64,000 nt of DNA from IMG/VR virus record IMGVR_UViG_3300033463_000016, positions 61,995 to 125,994 of that record; one strand, written 5' to 3'. Source of the stretch: a virus. Lineage: Duplodnaviria; Heunggongvirae; Uroviricota; Caudoviricetes. Position numbers and translations under genes: made by a program. The notes below the pieces were generated by a model. It saw only the letters and a list, made by a program, of their open reading frames with translations. It did no database searches and was not told where the DNA came from. Position 1 is the first letter of the stretch. Each line of letters begins with the position of its first letter. Shown here piece after piece: positions 55,402-64,000 of this stretch.

Positions 55402-55809
55402 TTATTCCGGATATAATTCCGTGTCAAGCAACACATATCCGATCGCTTGTAATACCGTGTCAGCTTCGTCTGGATCGATCCCGTTGTCTATCAAAACTTG
55501 CTCGGTGCGGATGATGTCATTGAGTGTAATTGTTACTTTAGTCTGTAAAACTGGATCGAACTCCGCTTTGAAATACCGGAGATTTCCAAGATCATCATAG
55601 CCTTTTAACCTGACATATTCCCTTGTAATCCTGTCAATTTGGAATTTGACATATAGATCCATTTTATTAAGGTTTGTAACCAGATCACGGACTGTTGCTG
55701 CGTCCTCTACGGCGTCCAAAATATCCATATCGGTATATTTATTTGAATCATAAAGAGAACTAAGAGATAAGGGTGTCCGGTCTTTCAAATATAATTTTGC
55801 ATTTTTCAT
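55402..55809 (-). CDS. Hypothetical protein
   Basis: 135-aa ORF. Confidence 0.3.
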   Translation of the reverse strand: MKNAKLYLKDRTPLSLSSLYDSNKYTDMDILDAVEDAATVRDLVTNLNKMDLYVKFQIDRITREYVRLKGYDDLGNLRYFKAEFDPVLQTKVTITLNDIIRTEQVLIDNGIDPDEADTVLQAIGYVLLDTELYPE

Positions 55810-55821
55810 TGATTTAACCTC

Positions 55822-56325
55822 CTATACTGTATGGATTCTGTATTTGAGAATTGCCGCGCCTCTCACGGAATTGTCAATGACTTTTCCGTTATAGTTATAG
55901 CGCTTGCCTTTTATTGTGTCGCTGCCGTTCATCCAAGGGCAAGGGCAATGCCGGTAATAATCCTTCTGCAACCAAAACCAACCATCGCCGTATGGATTCC
56001 GGCGCTCATAGTCCTCTACAATGCGTCTTGCTTCATTCAAACATTTCTGTTCTTCCGGTGTCACTTCGCGCTCTCCGGCGTCGTAAATCGTCAAAGATTC
56101 TCCATCATAATCAATCAGTTTTGCACCTGTATTAAGCCTTAATTCACTTTCCTGCCCGTCTGCTGTCATCAACATAATGCCGACTGTATTGACCCTCTTG
56201 ACCGTCCGGATTCCTCTACACCTCGGAGGAATTGCGTCGCTGGTTTTTCCGTACCGTTCGACCAATTCAAATTTGATTGCTCCGGCTGCTGCCCGTCTTT
56301 TCAAATCCGATAACGTATATCTCAT
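55822..56325 (-). CDS. Hypothetical protein
   Basis: 167-aa ORF. Confidence 0.3.
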   Translation of the reverse strand: MRYTLSDLKRRAAAGAIKFELVERYGKTSDAIPPRCRGIRTVKRVNTVGIMLMTADGQESELRLNTGAKLIDYDGESLTIYDAGEREVTPEEQKCLNEARRIVEDYERRNPYGDGWFWLQKDYYRHCPCPWMNGSDTIKGKRYNYNGKVIDNSVRGAAILKYRIHTV

Positions 56326-57294
56326 TTTGATTCCTCCATCTTATTTCAAATATCAACTTCTAAATATCCCGTTTGCGCAAGCGTTTCATCATATGGTATA
56401 TAAAAGCGGCAACATTTCACGCCTTCACCAATTTCGCCTGGATTTTCCTCTAAAAATTCTGGTGTATCTCGCCCATATCCACATTCAGTTTCTCTGATAC
56501 AAAGATATGTTTCCGTAACCTGGTCTTTTTCCTCATCGGTTAAATCATCCCAATATAAACAATCTATACCGAACGCATCTTTATGAAATTGACGCCCTTT
56601 TGTTGTGTGCTTGTTCATATTGCACCTCAAATTTCCGCTAAATAGCCTAAATGATATTCCTTGACCTTGATCCCGCACTTCTTCATTACCGGGATAACCA
56701 TATCCGTGAAAAAGCAAATGTAACATTTCTTGCAAGATGATAATTCATCATAGATATGCTCCAACTCACGAAAACCGGCGATAGAAAATCTCTTGTTTGG
56801 CATTTTGCCAGAATCATAAGCCTGTTCGATAATGTTCTTTAATTTCTTCATTATGATAGCCTCCTTCTAAATTCTTGTTAAAACCATCATAGGAATGATA
56901 CCTTTAATAAGAATTTTGCCCGTATAGCCGATAGCTCAGCTTATGTAATTAAAACTTCTTCATATTGTCCTCCTTATACCTGCGCTGTGATCTTGTTGAC
57001 CTTGCCTTTCATCTGGTGATGTACTGCGATGAAATACAAGATGATGAACTTGATTCCCTTGATGATCCAGGCGGGCGAATAAAATACCGCCGCTGCGATC
57101 CTGCCGACCACACAATTCCCATCGATGAAATGCTCCTTCATCTGCCTTGCGGAGAACTTCGCCGCCGTGAAGATGTTGATCGTGACGATGATAATGGTGA
57201 TTGCTAACATTGAGATTGTTAATACCAGATTGTGCATTTTGATTTACCTCGATTCTGTTTTTTATTATTCCGCTTTTCGCGGTTATTGACTTGA

Positions 57295-57837
57295 TTATGC
57301 TACGTCCCGGACGGCTGCGATCATTGCCGTGCGCTCGGTGTACTGTTCATATATTGCTTCGCCGTTGCTGAATACTCCAAGACACACGATTCTTTCAAAT
57401 CCTCGCCGATCCAAACCGGCAAGCCATTTCTCAATCTTGCGCTTTTCGGCGTCCGCTGCTCTCAATACACGGCTCCGGCACATATCGAAATAATAGCGGG
57501 CGTCCTCATTGTCGATACAGTATTCCGATTCCTTGTCAAGATCAAATTGTGCGCTGTATTTTTCTTCAACAAAGAACTGAAAACCGAAATATCGTCCGGA
57601 TTCAATCGTGATGTCGTGAAATGTAAGAGTATCCTGGATTTCCGATACAAGCGCCTCCGCCTGTTCGTACTCATCATCGAATAAGAATTGACAATCCAAC
57701 TCGTATGCTGTTTCGTCGTATTCCTCGCCGGTTTCCGCTTCATATTCCGCTTTGGATTCCTCGTAACTCGGCATTCTGCAAACTCCGACGATCATCGGCA
57801 TATCATATAACATTCTTTTGAAATTAGGCGCTCCCAT
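57295..57837 (-). CDS. Hypothetical protein
   Basis: 180-aa ORF. Confidence 0.3.
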   Translation of the reverse strand: MGAPNFKRMLYDMPMIVGVCRMPSYEESKAEYEAETGEEYDETAYELDCQFLFDDEYEQAEALVSEIQDTLTFHDITIESGRYFGFQFFVEEKYSAQFDLDKESEYCIDNEDARYYFDMCRSRVLRAADAEKRKIEKWLAGLDRRGFERIVCLGVFSNGEAIYEQYTERTAMIAAVRDVA

Positions 57838-58142
57838 TGTCGTATCTCCTTTTGCTTTATTTCTTGATTATGCTCTGAAAAATTCAGCCGTATAATCGGT
57901 GTCCTGGTATCTTGTTTCGATTGTGCCGACCTTGACGGCTCTGGTAATTTTATATCCGTGATGTGCTGCTGTTTTCTTTGCTCTGGATATACATCCGGGA
58001 GAATCAACCAAATTTCCGAAGATCAAAACCTCGTCGCCGCCGGTGCGCTTGCCGTAAACTCTCAAAGTGTTCATAATATCCTCCGTTTTGCTTTATTTCT
58101 TGAATTGTCCGCCGTGTTACCGTTGGATCAACTTACAAGTAT

Positions 58143-58171
58143 ATATTATCACATACTATTTAGTATGTCAA
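58143..58171 (-). promoter_or_regulatory. Sigma70-type promoter (TTGACA-17-TAATAT) with perfect ACATACTA-AA-TAGTATGT palindrome
   Basis: -35 at 58166-58171, -10 at 58143-58148; AAGAAATAAAGCAAAA box at 58089-58108 adjacent to RBS GGAGG of 57868..58074. Confidence 0.65.
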
Positions 58172-59216
58172 GCAAAATTGAAAATATTTTTATTACATCT
58201 TTGTAACTTTTGGCAATATCCGTTGTTAATAAAATCGGTGCTTTATTACTATTTGTATATTACTCTTTGTATAATCCAGGAAATTCTGCGATTAGCCGTC
58301 CGGTGTATTGCTGCGTCAACTCCGGTGATTCTCCGCCGTGATAAAATCCTTTTACCTCGGTTTTGAGATCGTCGCCGATCCTTGTATCCACCAGAATGAA
58401 GGTAATGTCGGTATCCGGTGCATATGTCGTATATACCTTATATTCCGCCATAAGGCGCTCACCTGTGCCGATTCCGCCGTGTGTTTCATACTCTGTTAAA
58501 CTCGCATATATCGGCTGTAACGGGTGATTATGCTGATCCTCATATTCTCCCTTGATAACTCTCTCGAACTCGTCCAGGGCGTCCAGATCGTCCGAAAAGT
58601 ACAAACTCTCGGCTTCTTCATTCGATTCATAATTCAGCTCGTAATGTAACATTGTTATTCTCCTTCCGGCTTGAATACCCATATAATAATGTCGTTATTG
58701 CTGCCGCTGTTAAAACTCTCAATCTTATATTCCGTTGTGTCGATCATTTCATAGATATGATCCGCTGTTCCCTCAACTATCGGATCGGCGTCTTGAATAT
58801 CTCCGTCATCGTTCACATCGTAGATTTTGAACTCTTGATAACAGTCATTGCAAAGAGTCAAAAGATTATACAGTGTCATTGTCAATCCTCCTTGTTATTT
58901 CCGGTGATGTAGTCCAGAACTATCTTCTTGATTTTCTCCTGATCGTCAACACTGCCGGAATATCGTGTGATGAATATCAAATCCAAATACGGATCGACGG
59001 AAATATAAACCTCAACCGTTCCGATTTCAAACTCACAAGCGAACACATAATGCTCCGTTACATCCTGCGGTACAAAACGATACCCGTCCGCCCTTTTCGT
59101 GATGACTTTGGCAAATTCCGATTCATTATCGGTGATGATAGGGATCGAAATGTCCGCCTCTCCCGGTGCTGTGCTGCGTGTCACATTTTCAAAATCAAGT
59201 GTGATATTCATTCTGT

Positions 59217-59750
59217 TCAGTCCTCGCCTTCTCTGTTGAATACAAAATCAAATCGTTCAACATCATCGATGTAATTGTTATCCGGATTGTAAATTAAATA
59301 CGTGAGAATTTCCGTGCCGTCCTCAATATTGAAATTGACGCATTTATAACTGATGTAATTATAATATGTGTCCGATGTATTGATGATCCTTCCGTCGCCG
59401 GTGCTTTTGTTTATAACCTTGCCGATGATCCGCTCAATGATAAGCGTGTCGCCTTCGGCTCGATGTTCCAGAATTTCCGGCGTCAACTCGTCCGGATTAT
59501 AAACCTTGTATTTTTCCTCGATGTCAAGGACAAAATTGTATTCGATCGGCATATAACTGTAATTTGTAAAATCACATCCCGGCTGCGTGCTTTCCTCGAC
59601 CGGCTCCGGCTCTGGCTCCGTCTGCTGCATTGCTTCCGACTTCGTGATCCCCTTAATATCCGCCGCACACATAACCACCATTGAAAATGCAAGGGCGATG
59701 AATGCGAATATCAAACAGATATAACCAAATGCATTGTGCTTTCTAATCAT
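59217..59750 (-). CDS. Membrane-anchored hypothetical protein
   Basis: N-terminal TM YICLIFAFIALAFSMVVMCAA; 177 aa. Confidence 0.35.
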   Translation of the reverse strand: MIRKHNAFGYICLIFAFIALAFSMVVMCAADIKGITKSEAMQQTEPEPEPVEESTQPGCDFTNYSYMPIEYNFVLDIEEKYKVYNPDELTPEILEHRAEGDTLIIERIIGKVINKSTGDGRIINTSDTYYNYISYKCVNFNIEDGTEILTYLIYNPDNNYIDDVERFDFVFNREGED

Positions 59751-60403
59751 TGTGAAAACCTCCTAATTATTCCAACTCTTGCAAAACTCGATGATCGTTT
59801 CCGTTTTGTAATTTCTCTCGTTCAAATAGTTAATCAGATCGATGATGAATCCACCTTCATCATAATTTCCGGTGATTGTCATATAGTCCGCCATCCCGGA
59901 TAGATAGGCGCTGCGCCTGTCCTCGATGATGTTCATCACTTTTCCGATGATAGCCTTCTGCGATCTGTTCATTTTCTTTTCCTCCCGATTTCTGCCCGGA
60001 TTTCCGCCCGTGCTATATCGTCAAGCTCGTTGACGTGTACCTTCTCGCCCATATTCCACATCTTGACGGTGAATCCCTTTCTTGCCATTTCTCTCGCTAC
60101 GGCTCCGCCGTCGGTCTGGATACCGGCATATCTTAATTCTCCGTTGTTGTATCGGATCACGACAAATACGTTATTCATTAAGCGATCCTCCGGCTGCCGG
60201 GGCTATGCTTATATAATGCCCTTTCCGCTTCTTCAAACGTATCGAATACGTAATTTCCGCCGCATACACTCTTTTTTGTTTTGGTATCGATCCCGTAACT
60301 GATCCCAAATTTCCGATTGCCGGGCGTCTGGTCTATCTTGTGGTATGTTGTGCGGCTTCTGCCGAACTGCTGATAATATGCTGTCATCGTATTTTCCTCC
60401 CTG

Positions 60404-61171
60404 TTACATCAAAAATGATCGGATTGCCCTGCTATATACTCGCTCGATCGAATTAGGCAAGATCGAATTAAATTCCTTACACATCGAACTCAACGCCTTC
60501 TCCGCTTCTCTGATCTTGTTGAACTTCTCGATGATTTCCATTGCCCGCTCTGCCGGATTTTCCACGTATGCCCCGCACTCTCCAAGGTGCAAATCGTCCG
60601 GCGTCGGTACTACGATTTTATTGTTCTCATCCAGAACTCGGAAATGACCGCCCTTCTGTTGGCTGTATGTGCCGTATATCGTGATTTTCCGATAGGCGAA
60701 AACTTTATCAGCAAATACATCAATGCCCTCACGGTGAAGAAATACACGGCATTCAATCTCGCTGTAAAGCTCGTCGGTGATTTTCTTGCTTGTGACTTTA
60801 CCGTATGATTTTCCGGCGTACTTCTGTAATTTCTTGATGATATGCGGGAGAATATAAGCATATAGGCTCTGCCGGGCATTGTCCGAAAGAATAGAATTGA
60901 TGATCTTCAATTCGTGCTGTTCCCGATATTCCGGGCTTGTATCTCGCTGCGAATACCTCATATTATCCAACTTTTCCGATAATACCTTGATTCGATCCTG
61001 ATTTGCGGCTATGTTTTCCAGAATGGTATTGACGTTTTCCATTGTGTCCTCCTTAATATGTAATTCTCGCATTGTTTCTGAATGAATAAACCAGATTGTT
61101 AAGCACTCCGAAGATTCCGCCCTTGATTGCTCTCTTGACCTGCTGTGCGGCTTCTGCTCTTGTGATTCCAT
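60404..61171 (-). CDS. Hypothetical protein
   Basis: 255-aa ORF. Confidence 0.35.
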   Translation of the reverse strand: MESQEQKPHSRSREQSRAESSECLTIWFIHSETMRELHIKEDTMENVNTILENIAANQDRIKVLSEKLDNMRYSQRDTSPEYREQHELKIINSILSDNARQSLYAYILPHIIKKLQKYAGKSYGKVTSKKITDELYSEIECRVFLHREGIDVFADKVFAYRKITIYGTYSQQKGGHFRVLDENNKIVVPTPDDLHLGECGAYVENPAERAMEIIEKFNKIREAEKALSSMCKEFNSILPNSIERVYSRAIRSFLM

Positions 61172-61713
61172 CGTACCACATCATAGCGGCGATATATTCC
61201 GATCGTCTGTATTTGGCTCTGTTCATTGTTTCCGCTCCCCCTCAATAGCCGTAATGGATAACTAATAATTCAGCCCATTCATCCGGCTGTAACGCCTTCA
61301 AGTATGCAAGTATCGGCGGAATTCTCCTGTAATGATCCCGCTGCTCGAACGCTTCAAGCCATCCGATGACGGTTTCGATCTTTGCGCCTTTGCACTTCTC
61401 GCCGTATCTGTCAATAGAAAGATTGATCTCAGCGCCACAATCGGGACAACAATCATCTGAAAAGATTTCAAAATCCAGATCGATGTTGAATATCTCGCTG
61501 AACATTTTTCCGTTGATCCTGTCATATCCCATTTTGCAAAGATCGAATTCAGCGATCTTGCTGCCGTAGATGTAAGGCGGTTTATTTTTCTTTTTGATTG
61601 ATTTTCTGTTTACGATAAATAATCTGCTCTCATATCCCATTGTGATACCTCCGTTTTGTTTTGATTCTGTCCGGCGGGCGTCGATCCGTTTCCGCCGGAT
61701 TCCGATTATCGAA

Positions 61714-62157
61714 TTACATCAATCTTGTGTATGTCGGAATGCTGCCGACCTTTTCCAGATTCTCCGCCGTCCATTCCTCGGCGTATTCCTCGGCGTCATA
61801 TTCTCCGCTGATCCTGCAAAGCGTCGCATACTTTTTGGAATTTTCCGGCTCTCCCATCTCGATCCGCTTGACCGGTACACTCGTGTACATTCCGCTCCCT
61901 GTCGGGCGAAGAAGGTTTACACACAATTCCGGAATGTATCTGCCGGTTTCAACTTTCCAGGTACAACCGTGAGCATTTGTCCGTTCCTCGTATTCTTTTG
62001 TGTACCAGAGGCGAAATTCAAGATAGATATTTTCCGTGATCTTGATCGTCCTTGTGAGCGTCTTTTCACTCCAGATTAAACAGTATTGTAAATCAAACTT
62101 GAATCCGCCCTTCGCCTGATTGTTCCATTTGATTGCCTGTTCTCTTGTGATTTTCAT
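61714..62157 (-). CDS. Hypothetical protein
   Basis: 147-aa ORF. Confidence 0.3.
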   Translation of the reverse strand: MKITREQAIKWNNQAKGGFKFDLQYCLIWSEKTLTRTIKITENIYLEFRLWYTKEYEERTNAHGCTWKVETGRYIPELCVNLLRPTGSGMYTSVPVKRIEMGEPENSKKYATLCRISGEYDAEEYAEEWTAENLEKVGSIPTYTRLM

Positions 62158-62254
62158 ATTGATCCCCTTTTCCGTTTACTATTTCATTTTGCTTTATTTC
62201 TTGATTTGTTGTTATTGTTTGGCGGGATTTTCCGCTCCCGCCCGGCGGCTGCTG

Positions 62255-62557
62255 TTAATATCTATCTGCAAATGCTCCGATGACCGTGATCGTTGTGTCA
62301 ATGTCGTGCTTTTCGTCATCATAGAAATTCCGCTTGATTTTGATAATTGCGGCTTTTGTCATAACCTTTCTTAATCCGTCAACTGATACCTCATTCTTTT
62401 CTATCCAGATCAACAACTCATTCGGCGTATTGAATCCAGGCTGCCGGAGAATTTCCGTCGCTCTATTGACCGCCTCCTGCTCCGTTAGGCTGCTTTTGGG
62501 ATCAATCAACTTGTGATCCATTCCGGTAATATAATAGACTTTTGATGTTACTGTCAT
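62255..62557 (-). CDS. Hypothetical protein
   Basis: 100-aa ORF with RBS AAGGAGG; driven by promoter at 62585-62613. Confidence 0.35.
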   Translation of the reverse strand: MTVTSKVYYITGMDHKLIDPKSSLTEQEAVNRATEILRQPGFNTPNELLIWIEKNEVSVDGLRKVMTKAAIIKIKRNFYDDEKHDIDTTITVIGAFADRY

Positions 62558-62584
62558 ATCAATTCCTCCTTGCTTGAAAAACTC

Positions 62585-62640
62585 CGTTTTCTAAATTATA
62601 ACCGATACTTTTTAGTATGTCAATACCTTTTTGCTTTATT
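62585..62640 (-). promoter_or_regulatory. Sigma70-type consensus promoter (TTGACA-17-TATAAT) with ATACT-AAAA-AGTAT palindrome plus AAGAAATAAAGCAAAA box
   Basis: -35 at 62608-62613, -10 at 62585-62590, box 62619-62638. Confidence 0.7.
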
Positions 62641-63300
62641 TCTTGAAAATTATTTCAAGCGTATATTTTCCGATATTCCTCCATAGCTCCGATCGATTCG
62701 GCATATGCTCTCTGTGATTCTTCCGCTGCCTTCGGATCGCCGCCGTTCCGGTGTAACTCATTCCAAAAATGATCGATTATCATTTTTCGGCGTTTCTCCG
62801 ATTCTCGGTGCTGTTTGTAATCATCCAGGTCATAAACCCGTGCGCTGTTCGTGTAATGATAGGATTCAAAATAGATGTTTTTCATCCGGCTGAGAAGGTG
62901 TATCATCCATCTGTATTCCTCGGTGTCCGGTGCTGCTATCATCACGCCGTCCGGTATTTCTCGGATTGTGTACCCGTTATTTTTTGCCATCCGGCTGATC
63001 TTGATATAAAATTTCTGATTCATAGCTTCCTCCTTAATAATCCATCATCATTTCTTGATGTGCTAATATTGCGCCTTCAAAATCCATATCATCATTATTA
63101 CTTTTCGATTTGCTTTTCATATCGCCAGTGCAGATTCTCCCGTTTGTAATAGCCCAGCAATTATTACACAAACCATCACAGATTTGATTCTTCCAAGGGC
63201 ATTTATTGCCGATATGTTCTCTGTTATATACTGAATACATTGTGATCCTCCTTCGGCGCCGGGCGTGCTGCGTGCCGTGTCCGGCGCTCTTGCTTTTCAT

Positions 63301-63822
63301 TTATGCGATCATCGGGATCGGCTCTGATTCGATCGTGTCACATCCCCATCGTTCCTTCAGATCGTCCAGATTTTTATGTTTTGGATACTTGCTATAATGC
63401 ACATAGTATTCGGGATGCCAATACCAGGCGCGTTTTTTCGATCCCCATTTGAATCCCAGATTTTTTAATACGTCCTTGTATGGATAGGTATTTCCGGTGA
63501 TCCAGATGAATATACCAACCAGATCAATGGTGATATTCGGAATGTGAATAAGGGCGTTTATAATCTTTTGGAACTCCTCCGGGATTTCTACCTTCTCCGG
63601 CTCCGGCTTTTTCGTGTATGTCCCGCCGTCGCTGTTCCGGTGAATGTCACGGTATTTGTTAAAGGCTTTTTCATACTCGGCATTGATTTCCTTCATTGCC
63701 TGTTCGTTCTCGGCTCCGGGATGTAAATCCGGGTGATACTGAAAACACAATTTCCTGTATAGGCTTTTCACATCTTCAATGCACTTGCAATTTGTAAACC
63801 ATTTCATTTTGATTCCTCCCAT
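63301..63822 (-). CDS. J-domain (DnaJ-like) protein
   Basis: LYRKLCFQYHPDLHPG with HPD tripeptide, ...AMKEINAEYEKAF helix; 173 aa. Confidence 0.65.
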   Translation of the reverse strand: MGGIKMKWFTNCKCIEDVKSLYRKLCFQYHPDLHPGAENEQAMKEINAEYEKAFNKYRDIHRNSDGGTYTKKPEPEKVEIPEEFQKIINALIHIPNITIDLVGIFIWITGNTYPYKDVLKNLGFKWGSKKRAWYWHPEYYVHYSKYPKHKNLDDLKERWGCDTIESEPIPMIA

Positions 63823-64000
63823 TCTTTTTCATAGCACCAGCATTCTACATCCGGCTGCTGTTCGATGTATTCAATCGCTTTTTTCAGTGAATGAAATTCT
63901 GTTACATACTCCGGAAATGCCCATCCGTGATATACTTTATAAACTGATTTTTTCTTTGCCATTTCGTGCCTCCGTCATCGTACCAGATCAAAACCTAATA

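Noticed and set aside
8196-62640. CRISPR array or iteron-type origin formed by the repeated TTGCTTTATTTCTTGA element
   Set aside because: Copies are kilobases apart, each tied to a -35/-10 promoter or an RBS; no regular repeat-spacer periodicity.

Overview
This window reads as part of a large, AT-rich tailed-phage or prophage genome. Almost every gene runs on the minus strand, and there are many small hypothetical ORFs.

Replication and DNA-metabolism genes I can recognise include:
- an NAD-dependent DNA ligase (LigA);
- a DnaN-like sliding clamp and a J-domain protein;
- an orphan N6-adenine methyltransferase and a small DPPY methyltransferase;
- a degraded C5-cytosine methyltransferase;
- a PurA/PurZ-family adenylosuccinate-synthetase homolog;
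- a radical-SAM enzyme next to a P-loop kinase.

A complete NAD+ rebuilding block is present, with genes for:
- a PncA-like isochorismatase;
- a PRPP-synthetase-like (Adps-like) enzyme;
- a NAMPT-family enzyme;
- NadE.

The centre of the window (about 21.8 to 31.1 kb) is an RNA island. It holds:
- at least 13 canonical minus-strand tRNAs, most with encoded CCA;
- a tmRNA;
- several degenerate or atypical tRNA-like genes.

The island also holds a family of at least eight hairpin or tRNA-like RNAs. Each has a conserved CAGCAAT(T/C)TTA box and a 7-8 bp closing stem that changes in a compensatory way between copies. These elements sit among genes for a Thg1-like tRNA 5'-end enzyme, a KptA/Tpt1 RNA 2'-phosphotransferase, and a protein with a von Willebrand factor A (vWA) domain and a helical N-terminal domain (Ro60/Rsr- or DUF2828-like architecture). 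I think this is the most interesting candidate in the window: an undescribed RNA-repair, decoy or quality-control system.

A family of at least nine near-consensus sigma70-type promoters (TTGACA-17-TAtAAT) is associated with a 20-nt AAGAAATAAAGCAAAA box. Four of them share an ACATACTA..TAGTATGT operator-like palindrome.

Other features include:
- a lysis cassette;
- a tyrosine recombinase;
- an orphan MazF/PemK-like toxin;
- a DHH-DHHA1 phosphoesterase;
- two metallophosphoesterases;
- a flotillin-like SPFH protein;
- an MFS transporter.

All coordinates for RNA elements were derived by hand and may be off by a few nucleotides.
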